DNA of 61,598 nt, filler included, from Sphacelaria rigidula (Eukaryota): assembly GCA_964200075.2 (NCBI GenBank). It is 11 parts of 11 records of this genome, joined end to end, with 100 filler letters (N's around TTAATTAATTAA, not from the genome) between each part and the next. Parts side by side here need not be neighbours in the genome. Positions count along the whole stretch, not along the records: positions 5,611 to 11,120 come from CAXNAA020026747.1; positions 11,221 to 16,729 come from CAXNAA020026748.1; positions 16,830 to 22,338 come from CAXNAA020026749.1; positions 22,439 to 27,947 come from CAXNAA020026750.1; 7 more parts are not named here. One strand, 5' to 3'. Numbering within the stretch: position 1 is the stretch's first letter; every line of letters starts with the position of its first letter. Positions 11,088 through 23,539 of this stretch are shown one piece after another. Position numbers and translations under genes: made by a program. A model generated the notes under the pieces. That model saw only the letters and a program-made list of their open reading frames with translations, was not told the DNA's origin and did no database searches.

Positions 11088-11975
11088 CGGGCCGGCGGGG
11101 GGGAGGGGCGTGGCATCCGGNNNNNNNNNNNNNNNNNNNNNNNNNNNNNNNNNNNNNNNNNNNNTTAATTAATTAANNNNNNNNNNNNNNNNNNNNNNNN
11201 NNNNNNNNNNNNNNNNNNNNCAGGCAGAAGAAATCGTGAATTTGGTGATTTTGAGTCGTGATGATTTGTCCTAACCGTGAACACTTTCGTGACTTCGAAA
11301 ATCGCAGAATTGATGTTACGTCACGCGCACGCGACAACCAGGCGGAATTCCCGCCCTGCTGACGGTAGGGCAGAACGTTTTGTGCGTGCACACAGCCGCT
11401 AGAATGACGGTACAGTGCCGTCCGTGAGCTAACAAACCTGTTCGCAACATTCAGCGATCAACATTATGCAGCGAGTTAAGGCCAAAGAAAGTCTGTACGC
11501 AACTTGTACAGACCGACGAACTTCGAAAATATATGTATGTACATATATGTACATACATATCCATCTGGCGGGAGCCCACTTATAAGTATAAGTACATGTA
11601 CATGTCACCATGGGGTACAAAGCGGTCACGAGTTCGTCATTGAACGTAAAGAATACCAGAGCACAAGGTATACACGCCTTCAGTGGCCGACTAACTTACC
11701 GTGCGAGCCACGAACCTAAACGCATTATTGATCTGGTTGGTCCTGTGTCGCCAGTTGACCTCGCATGGACAATGGAAGCACACGTGGAAATGCATCATGC
11801 TATATCTGAAGGTATCCGCGATACGGTTGCCGACGCGGACTTTCGTACGTGATATTCCAACAAGATTGGATGTGATTGAACGATCGCATTTTCCAAATTT
11901 TTTTTTTCCACCAGTAGCCTCATTACTGTAGCTCCTATCCGCGGTCAACTTTTACTCGCTCTGATTTATTTTTTT

Positions 11976-12195
11976 GATTGATTGTCGCACTTTAACTGAC
12001 CCCCCGCCAGGGATCCAGCCGTGGTTACATGACAGACGTACCCAAGACAAGACGAAGCAAAAGTGAAACACTCGCTGAAGAAAAAAAATAACAACAGGAA
12101 AAGTCGAACAGAACGACATCTTGGACCAAGACGTAAAAACAAGACAATGAAAAAAAAGTCAAGAGAAGCCAAGCACAGAAAGAAATAGGTCGCCT
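11976..12195 (-). mobile_element. 3' end of a non-LTR retroelement with an (AATC)n tail; relatives at 15015-15130, 17850-18085, 22234-22280, 29706-29800 and 37546-37640
   Basis: Plus-strand gattgattgtcg...gatccagccg(t/c)gg core followed by an A-rich tract, repeated in several contigs. Confidence 0.6.
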
Positions 12196-12372
12196 AATAA
12201 TTATGATTATTATCTTATTTTTGTACAAGCAAGTGTACTATTGGCGGCACCATTTCCACCAGCTCGCAGACGCATGCCCGTCGAAGCAAGTTGATGACGT
12301 TGACTGGAAGACAAACAAGCGCGGAGTTGCCTTTTTGTGCACCGAACCCGTAGAACAGTACACAGCGCCAAA

Positions 12373-12817
12373 AACACGGGATCTTACAAATTGGGGATGT
12401 GTCTTTTATTGGGGATGAGAAACCCGGAGAATTAAAATCCTCGTATCCACACCATATCTTCAAAATATGGTTCCATTTCTTCCTCTACTGACAGCTATTG
12501 ACAAGTGCTACGCGCCATAGAAATTTGGATTGTGATCACCGAAATTTCGGGGTCCTAGGTGAATAAACCATTTTGGGGGAATTTCGGGTGTCCGAACGGA
12601 CGCCAAAATGGTTCCGAAATTAGTTTTTCACCTAGGACCCCAACATTTCGGTGATCGAAATCCAAATTTTTATGGCGTGTAGCAGTTCTCAATAGCCATC
12701 AGTAGGTGAAGAAATGGAACCATATGTCGAATATTTGGTGTGGATACGAAGAGTTGTACTCTCCGGGTTCCTCATGCCCAATAAAAGATACATCTCCAAT
12801 TCGTAAGATCCCGTGTT
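12373..12817. mobile_element. Foldback MITE, 445 bp with ~200-bp imperfect arms
   Basis: AACACGGGATCTTAC...GTAAGATCCCGTGTT termini; arms align along their length; CAAA on both flanks (12369-12372 and 12818-12821). Confidence 0.85.
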
Positions 12818-13968
12818 CAAAGTTCAAGGGAAGCCCGCAGTTGAGAATCATTAACATGGGGTCGAGGGTAAATTTTTTATTTAGAGGGTGCGCTCCAATA
12901 CGTGTAATCACACAGCATCCAGATAAATGATGGTGGCCATCTCATGTACTAACAGTGAGCCGACTCATTCGCTTTTAGATTATTCTGTTTGCGTGTGTTT
13001 GTGTGCGTGTGTTTGTGTTTGTGTGTGTTTCTCTCTCTATGCGTTAGTTCACAAAAAATCATCCTCGGATACACGTCACGATCCCAGCTTCGCCCAAACG
13101 GCCGTCTCGGTGTTCACATCTATACTGCGGCCCACCGCCTCGATTACCATGGGGTGGGTGTATGACATCCCAGGTTCGCTGAAGTATGACGATATCAAGG
13201 ACACGGATTAGAGTACAACAAGTTTGCCTCTGGGTGTACACATGAGTGGGTGAGATCATGGAGCGTACATACCGGTCCATCCATTGCCATCGGTGTACCC
13301 ATATGAACGACCTCCACGCGTATTGGTGGATTACGAACACCTGCATGAACCCTTTGTAAGCCAGGAATTTTCGTCATCCCGCCCACGGGCGGTCGATGTT
13401 TTACTTGTGAGTGCAAGACTCTAGTACTACTTCGCTGGTCCGAATACACTGTGCGGCCTGCAACCATAGGAAATACACCTGGTTTCTATATGATCGAGCA
13501 GCCAGCCACAGCATGACGATCACTAGTCAGTTGGCAGCATCCCGAAGACGCTGGCCTTCGTCATCCTGAATTCCGTTGCCTAGAGGGTTGAGCTCTCATG
13601 GTTGCTCTACACCACGCCTTTTGTTGTGAGTATGGCGTACTGCATACTTCGGCCCCGACCAAGAACCCGTGGTGGACCGATACCATCAACGCCCAGACAG
13701 AGGTACAGCAAACACGGGCCAATCACTCAGTGAACACGGGCCAATCCTCCATCCATGTTAGATCCATGCGTTACCCCGGGTCGTATTCTACACGAAGGAA
13801 ATTTCCCGTTGCTTCGAAGGCGTCAGCGTTGCAACTCCGCGAAATGCTCGATGGCACCATCCTTTTTTTCTCCGACCCGGCGATCGCTGCCTCTCCAGCA
13901 CAAACACCCCAAGACTCTCAACTGCGATACCAGTCTACCGCATCAACAAACTACGCTTTGGCTTGTCG

Positions 13969-14077
13969 TCATGGCCTTAATGAAGCGTATGCCTTGTTCA
14001 GTATCTCCTCCCGTATCTTGGGGTAGTCCGGGTATTGCGCCAGCACCTTGTCGCACACGTCGATGGCCTCCACAAAT
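13969..14077 (-). CDS. TTC21B: IFT139/TTC21B last exon (FVEAIDVCDKVLAQYPDYPKIREEILNKAYASLRP*)
   Basis: Matches the conserved TTC21B C-terminus (..YPKIR..IL.KA.ASLRP*); cgtag acceptor; phase consistent with the previous exon. Confidence 0.93.
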
Positions 14078-14795
14078 CTACGGTGCATAGTGCGATAGGA
14101 TCATTTAGTGCGACGGCGCGTGTTCAGGTGTGCAACTTCAATCGCAGAGAAGGACATTCGGCCACCACCCTAAACGAATTTCCTTGGGGCCGGCAGGAGA
14201 ATTTCGGGTTCGAGGAAGATACCCGCACAAGATATCCAGGTGGCGCTCCTTTACTGCGTTTGGTATTGATGGACGGGTCCAATACGCCGACGCATCGGAG
14301 ACATGTGGAGAGGTTTGAATCCCCGCCATCGATCCGACTTTTCTCGAGGGACTGTCCACCGGCAGAATTACAGCACGGGTAGACCTAGCAAGATAGAGGA
14401 TAAACGTCCGGGAACTTCAAGATAAAAGCTAAACCAAAATACCACAATCCATCGCGTTGCGTCTATCACGTCCAAAACATCCCTTTGCTCCGAAGGGCCG
14501 TGAATGACGTCAGCCGTCGACCAAGAAACGTTGGTCAATCAGATCTCCAGGGTTTTCTTTTGGCCAATCACAAAACCGCATGAAAATTTCCTTTCTGTCT
14601 GGACAGTAATTTACACTCGTACCTATTAGTATAACGGAAATATGTCACGCGTATCCATCTGAAACGACCGCACCTCTCGGTAGACGTGTCATCCTCCCTT
14701 CGGAGGCTTCACACTCGCGATGGTCTAGGTATCGCCAACTATCCCAGGCTGTTTTCAGCCGCATGTTCGTAATATTTTGGCCACGCACGACGTAC

Positions 14796-14894
14796 CTCCG
14801 AGCCTTGAGGTAGTTAAACGCTAGCTTGAATCCCACCGCAGCCTCAGCCTGATGCCCGAAGGCCCAGCTTTTTTCGTAACACTCCGCAGCGTCG
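14796..14894 (-). CDS. TTC21B: IFT139/TTC21B penultimate exon (DAAECYEKSWAFGHQAEAAVGFKLAFNYLKAR)
   Basis: VG(F/Y)KLAFNYLKA motif; ggcag acceptor and GTACG donor; phase 2-2. Confidence 0.93.
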
Positions 14895-15802
14895 CTGCCG
14901 TTTTGAACGTATAGCAGTGAGAGGGCGTGAAGAACCATTCGGGAAATGCCGAGTGGCAGGGGGAGTGATATGCAGCTTGGGGAGCGGTCCCAAAGTCAGT
15001 GACGGTTGGTTAATTAATCGATTAATTGATTTTGATTGGTTGATTGATGGTCAGACATGTACTGATCCTCGAGGTATCCAGCCGCTGTTACAGAATTGGT
15101 GTGCCCAAGGTAAGCGAAACGGCAGCTCTCGGTGAAGAAGGCTCGAGAACGGGGGAATATAAAGAAGGAAAGAAGGAAGGAAGGAAGGAAGGAAAGAAGG
15201 AAAGAAGGAGAGAAATGAGAAAAAAAGCGGAGGGAACTGAAAACAATGATTCGGACATCACACCGAAATAAAACGAAACAAACAACAAACAAAAGAAAAA
15301 GGAAAAAGAGGAGAGGAAAGGAGAAAAAAACAAGAAAAACGAAAAGATGAGAAGCACGGGAATGAATCGCCGGCCAAAAATAGGGCGATGTCGTTGCCGG
15401 AGTTGGAGCCTGGTCGTGAGGTTTAAGACAGAGGAATGTGGTTGGGGTAAGCGGAAGGGATTGAGTCAGGTTTGAGTATGGGCCAGGGTCGGGTTGAATT
15501 CAATAGATTCGTATACTTACCTAATCTACAGAGTTCGGGCACACGCACATACATTGATTTTACAGTTATGTCGTTGCCTGATGCAAGAGGCGCAAGTGAA
15601 GTCTGAATGGCAGATCAACACACGAAAATGTTCGGCGGGGAGGGAAACTTGGGGATGCTCGATGCCAACTGCCTCGTAATATGAGAGATGGCGCTTGCCG
15701 TGAGGCTGTTCTACGAGAGAGAAATATACCCTGCTGTGCCCAGATACGCGTCGACAGGTTTTCGTATTGTCGCGATCGCCTTTTCCCCGTTTTTTCTCTC
15801 AC

Positions 15803-15894
15803 CGATAGCTTTGTTCTTTTTCCATCACCAGGCCCATGGTCTCCCACGCCTGCGAGCACGATTTATTGTAGCTAAGGCACCGGCGACATAGATC
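15803..15894 (-). CDS. TTC21B: IFT139/TTC21B exon (DLCRRCLSYNKSCSQAWETMGLVMEKEQSY); upstream exons lie beyond the contig
   Basis: TPR motif N.SC..A.E.MG..MEKEQ.Y; ggcag acceptor and GTGAG donor. Confidence 0.92.
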
Positions 15895-16372
15895 CTGCCT
15901 CATTTCAACGACATCGAAAAGAGCAGATGAGGGAGAAACAGTAAGCAGCCGACGCAAGTGATGCTTCTGTAAGGCGTACATACGGAAAGGTGCATCTGCT
16001 GACCTCACGACCCAGTGACACATCTCTGTACGCTCACACACACAAATGCACAAACACAAAATACTCACGCACACGCACACGCACAGTCCATCACGTGATG
16101 TTGCTTGCGTAGCAACGGCAGGTACGCTCTTCCAACCTTGTTAATTTGTGAAATATTCGCGATTGCCTGCCGGACATGCTGCGACTACGCCAACCGGTTC
16201 CAATAACGGTCGACGCACGATACCTCCGCCGCCAGCCCCCCGAGAGACTACCGCGGACGGCAACGCAAACCGAAATAATAGAGGATGACCACCCCGAGTC
16301 ACCAGGTGTGCAGAATTTCTTGTTATCACTCCTTCAACCTTCCCCCCGGTCCTCCCTCCTCGGACACGGCGC

Positions 16373-16622
16373 TCCGTCTCGAAAGGGATACGTGGTCAAT
16401 GGCCAAAAGACTAGGGCAAGGAACAAATGGGTACGCGCCCCCCTCCTCTCCTCCTTGGGACATCTGCTTAGTGTCGAAGAATCAACCCATCTTTTCCCCG
16501 GTACACGCAATGAGCATCGAAATCTTTGAGGTGTCTCTATTAGGAGTGGGAACGGTGCTCCGTCTCGAAAGGGATGCGTGGTCAAGGGTCAAACGACCAA
16601 GGCCAGCAACAAATGAGTGCGC

Positions 16623-16660
<38 letters not shown>
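16373..16660 (+). repeat. ~70-bp repeat (two copies here) running into poly(C); relatives at 22294-22337 and 39020-39135
   Basis: cgtctcgaaagggat(a/g)cgtggtcaa...gcaacaaatgagt(g/a)cgc followed by a C-run. Confidence 0.75.
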
Positions 16661-16662
<2 letters not shown>

Positions 16663-16829
16663 CGGGCGGTCGCCTGCCCCTGGCCACCACAACCCCCCCG
16701 CCCTCCTGCGTCGCGTGTCGCTTTCCTCGNNNNNNNNNNNNNNNNNNNNNNNNNNNNNNNNNNNNNNNNNNNNTTAATTAATTAANNNNNNNNNNNNNNN
16801 NNNNNNNNNNNNNNNNNNNNNNNNNNNNN

Positions 16830-17320
16830 CATCTTGCATTTGGATGACAGCCAACGATGAGGTGTTTTATTATCTGGTATCGTCACTTCCAGAGACAGCC
16901 ATGGCTTATACACTGCCTCATAGGTGTCTAAGGCCGGGTCTAACCGTGCCTGTGTAGGGGGTACACAACTGCAGACGTGGCAGCATTCGATCTGCCTGCT
17001 AGATTTGAGATCAATCACGCGAGGCGCTCGCTGGTGAACGCCTGTGTCGAAGCAGCTGTGATGATTGACTCCGTCACCGCCAGCCAGCCCAACCTCATGT
17101 TTCCCAGCCCTTTCCTTAACCCTTCCGCCCGGGAGCAACACAACACTGTATCTCGCGGTAGAGGGCTTAGTTTCGCCCGATCTTCTTGTCTATCTCCTTC
17201 AGATGACGTCACAAACTATCGATTCGTGCTTTCGTAAAACTGACTAACTCGGCACGGCCCGCTCCGTTCTGTCCCGTGCGGGACAACGTACCCACATTCC
17301 AGGTGGCGACCGTAAGCGCC
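16830..17320 (-). mobile_element. Degenerate APE endonuclease region of an RTE-like LINE
   Basis: LTVATWNVGTLS (17316 downward), then CDVI, GKHEVGLA, VTESI and FTSERL fragments with stops and frameshifts. Confidence 0.75.
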
Positions 17321-19317
17321 CCCCTACACGGGACCTGGCTCTGACTCTTCTTACACGCTTCATTCCTTTTCGTGGCTTCCTCTTCCAATCTGGACTCTAG
17401 TGCAAATATTTGTTTTGTTCCGATTTCTCTTCAGTCCACCCATCTATTCAGGTACGTGCCTTTTGTATAAGTTTCACGGAAAGGGTGTAACCCTCTCAGC
17501 CCCCGTCGACCGCTAGCTGCAGTCCGCCGAATTCGGTACTTACTCGTGCCTCATCTCCCTCGACGCATTTTCTGTGACGATGTCCCAGCTGTGGACGAGA
17601 CTTCGCGGCTGCGGGGTTGAGTTTGGAGCCCGATACTCGCGACATGGTGAAGCAGCTTGTCCGTGTTTCGCGTCATCATTGATTCAGTTCGCACAGTAGT
17701 CTGTAGGCTATACCAATCTTCTCCGTGCGCGTGATTTCACCGACAAAACCATCTCCAGTTGGTTGATGGTCGATCGCGGAGGTAAGACAGAGGCTTCAAG
17801 CTACAAGACACCAGGAAATGACCTCGCATACGACACAGCCATCAATGATCGATTGACTGATTGATTGTCGTATTTTATCTGCCCCCCCAGGGATCCAGCC
17901 GTGGTGTCATGATAGACGTACCCAACAAAAACGAAACTGAAACACGCCCTAAGAAAAAGAAGGAACAGAAAAAAAAAGAAAAGAGATAGGGTCGAACAGA
18001 ACGATATAGCAGACTAACTCGTAACAAAAAAAAGTAATAAAAGTCAACACAAGCAAAGCACAGGAAGAAATGGCCGACCTGAAACAAAAAAAAAAAAAAA
18101 CGAAGAGGAAAGAACAGAGCAAATAAAATACAGTACAATACAACGATGAAAAATCAATATTTTCTCGTGATGACTTACGCCTGTACCCCGTCTGTCCGAT
18201 ACGTTCAGTGAACTATGGGGTACAGATCAAATATATTCAACAGAGGTGCTGACGTTGCTACGGCTGGGCCGATGAGAAAGGCATGATGCAGACGATGCTA
18301 ACAAAAGAAAAAAAATCGAGCTATATTTCTATAAAAAAACATTTGGTCAAAAATATTCCTCATTTTGGCGCTTTATTGCGAATCTTCTTTGTAATTTTGA
18401 CCCAGAGGAAGTATTGATGGCCCAACCAGGGTAAGGGCGCGGCAGAGTGCGGGAACGATGGGAAGGGTGGTAAAGTGTGATGAAAAGGCCTTAAAAATGG
18501 CTTGGGATTACCTAGCATCAGCCCCGGTGACGACGAGGACGACTATTTATCTTTTCCCCGAAGTTTCTCAGACCCCGCAATAGAAACCCGGTCGTTTTCG
18601 GGCCGAATAAAAAATAAGGTCGTTCGGCCGCACGGTGGAAATTGACGTGGGTCAAGAAACAAATTGGGGTTCGATTGATAAAACGCCGAGAAAGACGTTA
18701 AAACATCGAAAAGGGCCTATGCGAATATAGGGAACTTTACGGGCCAGCGAGAGTGAGGCGGAGGGAGAAAATTGAATAAAATTCTGCTGGGTTTGCTCGT
18801 CACCGGACGTACGCGTGCGTGACGAGTTAGCCCGATATGCTTTGCCTGCTGTGAGGGAACTCCACTGCGGTACCGAGCACAGATGAGAAACAAGTCCAAC
18901 CCTGGCTGGGAACGGTCGACTGGGAGCCATGCCGACACGACCTGAACAGGTATCGTTTTCCGCGCCGATTAAGTAAGTCGCTCAGATAACATACTGCGGA
19001 TGTAGGGTACCGTACATGTACACAAGCATCCACATTATCGGTAAAAAACCGTCTAACGGGCCTCGATTTCGTGGAGCAGTTCGGGGTTTGCCTCGTCCCT
19101 CCTTCCTCGTGCACGTGACTACGTGCATGTTTGTCACTTCTCGTCACCGTAGATAGCGAATGTTGAGCTTCACAAGGCAGAAACTGCGAATGGACCAGCA
19201 CGACGCCCACCAGTCCTGAACACGCCGCGGCATCGTTGAATGCAGCATACACCTCGCAAGCGAGTAAGACACGTATCATTTACACCACGTTTTGAGGAGC
19301 ACTCATGCAGTACTTAC

Positions 19318-19450
19318 CTCAACATCAGGGAAGTTCTCGATGACCCCTCCTGGCTGCTTCGAAACTTTTCCGACGGAGCAGTAGTTTACCCAAGGCATAC
19401 AGTACGTGTGCCGCCCGCCTTCCGCCTCCTCTGCCATCTTCATCAAAGCC
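19318..19450 (-). CDS. GT92/GT-A-like glycosyltransferase exon (ALMKMAEEAEGGRHTYCMPWVNYCSVGKVSKQPGGVIENFPDVE)
   Basis: gtgtag acceptor and GTAAGT donor; phase 2 start matches the 20306-20440 exon; PW...S.G....P.GVIE.F pattern follows the DxD motif in this group. Confidence 0.65.
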
Positions 19451-20305
19451 CTACACACATGCAACGTTTTACAAGGGGGGTATTGCAAACGAACACTGGA
19501 CCAAAACGGTATGAATTGAAGCCTCTGATGTAGTTCGGCCGGACTTGACTTTCACGTGAAATAAACACGTATCAACCACGGGGGTGAAGGATACCGCGTG
19601 AGCGATACTGCTACGAATTGTTCAGCCTGTCTCGCCGCGAGACATCAGGACTTCCACCTGACGTGGGTCCTCACAATCAATTGCACGAACGCTGACGTTT
19701 AGAAGCGGTTATACTGAGTAAGCAGGGTCACCAGCTCGATATTAACCGTTTGAAAACCCACGATCTTACAGCGACGGGGCAAGCCGCAAATGATGAAGCG
19801 AGGAAGATTTAATTTTGTTGCCCGGCCACTTTAATTCAAGGCGCAAAGTTGAGGTCGGGCCATACAGTGGTCATGTTTTCTCATAGACTGTGTGTATCGT
19901 GAACAAGGAGGTTGGAAAGAGCAGCAGAGTGCCAGCGGCCAGCAACCGTGCATCCAAAGGACAGCACACCCTATCAGAGGTTACCATGTACTCCTTTCTC
20001 GATGCTGTCCCACGAAGTTCACGACACACACAGCGGATAGGAAGTAAACACTTGGACCTCAACGCAATATCCTTGAACAAGCACAGCAAACATACCATGG
20101 CCACATCGATGAGGTCATCACTAGGGCCACTTGAGGAAACGCGATCATCGTGTAGTACTAAGCAGGATTCCCGCAACAATGTGAAGATGCAGAGGGCAAA
20201 TCCTCGCAAATTCGGCAATTTCAACAGAAAAAAAAAAAAGTGTTTCGCGTCTTCCAACGCGTTCTTGACGGAAATTAAGAGCAGGGAAAAAAGGCGTTTC
20301 CTCAC

Positions 20306-20440
20306 ATCTTCCGTGTGGCCATGTTTTCCGCGTCAAAATCCGCGAAAGCTCCATTCGAGAGTTTGACTTCCTCAGCAGAGTGAACAGGTATCCCGGGAGC
20401 AGGATCGATGAATTCATCGACGTCAATGAATGTCATCCAC
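20306..20440 (-). CDS. GT92/GT-A-like glycosyltransferase exon with DxD motif (WMTFIDVDEFIDP...)
   Basis: W..FIDVDEF motif; ctgccag acceptor and GTGAGG donor; phase 2-2. Confidence 0.7.
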
Positions 20441-20937
20441 CTGGCAGGCAAGCGACGCAGCACGACATCAGTGAGCAACAAAAGATGTGGGAGGAGGGAA
20501 GTCGTTAAGATCTGCATAACCTCTTGTGCGCCTGCACGCAGGGGGTGCGCTATAGTAGAGCGTAGGTGTCTGTTCTCTCGCGAGAAGTACGTTCTGCAGT
20601 GTGCTGTACAGCACGGTCAATGGAAACAAAGTTATAACGATCAAGTGGGAATACTATTTTAGTTCGGTATTTCGTAAATGCTTTCTTGGTATCGTACGCG
20701 AGGAGAGGGATGGTAGAGTCGCAAACGGTCGGTTATAGTAGTCATCTTTTTCTGTGTCGTTTGTTCTCCGGTGGACACCTTCTGAATATTTCTTTACAGT
20801 GGTACGGGGAGTTTGTCTCTAATGGTACGATGAACAGCCTTGCATATCGATTTACTTCACGATTTTACCAAACTATTTCTCCATCTACGCTTGTGTTCGA
20901 GCGACGTCTCGCCATGACTCGAACCTCCCGTGAAATT

Positions 20938-20991
20938 TTCGTATACAATCTGCGGTTCGTATACAATCTGCGGTTCGTATACAATCTGCGG
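20938..20991. repeat. 18-bp tandem repeat x3 (ttcgtatacaatctgcgg)
   Basis: Three identical adjacent units. Confidence 0.95.
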
Positions 20992-23539
20992 TCTACTGTA
21001 CTAGTGCGCGGGTCCTCGGATCAACATATTTTTGGTCTTCGAAAATCATGGCTCCATAACTTACACGAGCATACCTAACTACAAAACTAAGGTCGAGGCT
21101 AAGGCCCCCTCCGTTTAACCAATTATTATCATCTCGAGGTATTGACGCCAGAGACATTCGAACTACCCCGAACTGATTCATCTAAAAAATATAATCCGTA
21201 TCGGTTTAAGCGTGTATTTTTTGTTCATTTTTTCCCTCTATGGATATTTTCATTTCGTTCATAGGGAGGGGTGAGAAAAAATCGCAGTAAGAACCGTATA
21301 TTCTCGCGGGAGAACTTCCGGTGCGTGTCTCTTGCTGGGATCAGCTTGTAGCCGCCAATTACTGGATAATGGACAGGAAAATATGGAAAATAGAATTTGC
21401 TGCGGAAAATATTATCCCATCTTGACTCTTTCCCCGCGGCTTGTATGAGTTATGATGTACAAAACTGCGATCACGTGCACATTCGACATCAACACTACTT
21501 GACATTATTTGCCCTGTGGAAACGAGCATGTTCGAATAACAGGTGTTTGGGACCATTGATTTCCTGAATGTCAGAAACATTTCGAATTAAAGGATGGAAA
21601 AGAGGGCCACGGTCACGACTTTGGCCCTGCAAATGCGCCCAGGGTGTAAATGTTCAATTTGTAGCTCGAAAGAACCGTGGGGAGGGGGGGGGTAGCAACA
21701 CCGTGTATATGAAAAACAAAGGTTCGGAGACAGAGCTCATGAGTTATGGCTTGAAATTCACGCATTTATTTTGCGAAGGAGACGAAAAAGAAATAATTTC
21801 GGAACACGACAATTTTGTGTATAAACCGATCCGAACCCGTGCCTGGATTGAGCGGTAGACATGAACACAACGACGACGACGATACAGCGTGCCGTCGTCG
21901 ATTATAGAAAAAAAAACAGCATTCTGCGGCACGTCCGCATGGGGGTGTTGCAAAGCCATTGACCCTGCAGGGAGAAATCGAAACACTCGGGCCAATGGAT
22001 TTCATACCTTATTATTTCAAAACTCTCAGATCTTCGTCGATTCGACCTGGATACGTCACATGATCTCCCCAACATTCTGGGTCCAATCCCTGAGGCCCAA
22101 ATCGTGCCTTCCAAACCTTGTCTGGCTGTGCAAAAAACCTATTCGTGACAGCACAAGTACACCGAAGGTGGTTAGGGTAGGCTACGCCCTCGGGGATCCT
22201 GAATATTCAGTTGATACCCTGGTTAATCTGGGCGATTGATATGATTTTGTTGATTGTCGCAGACTGCTGCCGAGATAGCCCCCCCCCCCCGAACACTAAG
22301 GCAAGCAACAAATGAGTACGCCCCCCCCCCCCCCCCCANNNNNNNNNNNNNNNNNNNNNNNNNNNNNNNNNNNNNNNNNNNNTTAATTAATTAANNNNNN
22401 NNNNNNNNNNNNNNNNNNNNNNNNNNNNNNNNNNNNNNCAAGCTTGTTCGAACAGCCGTTGCTGCTTTTAAGGACGATCTGACTCGAAATTTCGAGCAAC
22501 AAATGGCCAAAAATACCCCCCCCCTATCGTAGGATGACTCTACAGTAGCGGTAAACCCGTCGGCACCGTCTCCGTAGAGGGGGAAGCTGTGAGCAGTGGG
22601 GGCGACGGATGCTGCAACGGTTGTGTTGTCCGCCGCGGTAGCGAAGGCGCCAATGATAATGGCAGCGGCGGCGACGGCGAGGGCGATGGCGCCGTCGACA
22701 GAGGTGTGCTTGGAAGAGGAGGGGAAGCCAAACTGTGACACACGGGATGCCCTGAACCCCGCTGATTGGAACGGGCCGCGAGCTGACGGCAACGCTGGGT
22801 GTCCGCTGAGGGACAGCGATTGAGGTTAAAGGAACCCACAACTTGTTGCTAGTGGTCATGGCCGCTACGACGGTGAGTAACGCAACCCCGACGACGGCCG
22901 CGAAGGAGCCTGGGGGGAACGACGGCTGGCAGCGGGTCACTCCACTGGGGGCGATGGGCTTGGACAGCTCCGTGCTACGTATGGTGACGCTTCGGCTCGT
23001 GGCCTGGAATCGCGGATCGGCGGGCGGTGGTGCCCCAATGTACTTGGGGCCCTTCACGGTAGAGGGAGGGGCGGAGATCCTCAAACGACCACGCGGGTAT
23101 CGAAATGCAGGAAAAAGCTGGGGTCGACCCCCGCTGGGGGTGCAGTGTGTGGATGTTTCAAGCGGGTCCTCGCCCCGGCACAACCCACTGGCTTGCCATC
23201 TCCACTGCCCGCCGGCCGGAGGGGCGGTGTCAAACCGTGGTGAGCGTAAAACAGCAAGTGGCATGAGGGACGTGATGGAGAACTCCCCGGCTAACCTTGA
23301 ACGGAGACACGTGCTTCCATAGCTCCATAAATATCGTGCGGGGTGTACAGGCTGTGGGATTGCCGTGCACGTATATCCTACGCATTGGTTGCGTGCTCGG
23401 TACCCTCGACGCCCTAGTCTGCTGTGCTGGCGGGCCGAAAACTGCCGGGCGCGGCACAATCGGCGGCCGGTGCTGACCATGCCGTATAAGAAGACCCAAG
23501 CAGCTGAGCGAGGGTGGATGAGCTAGGCACAATTCGTGC

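Noticed and set aside
16730..20440. Joining TTC21B to exons in the next contig, or the amidotransferase to exons in contig 9
   Set aside because: Contigs are unrelated, and the exons across the linkers do not match the expected protein sequence
22524..23480. 318-aa minus-strand ORF (longest in the window)
   Set aside because: GC-rich, no recognisable motif, antisense to the 5' region of the CRE-like relic; likely a shadow ORF
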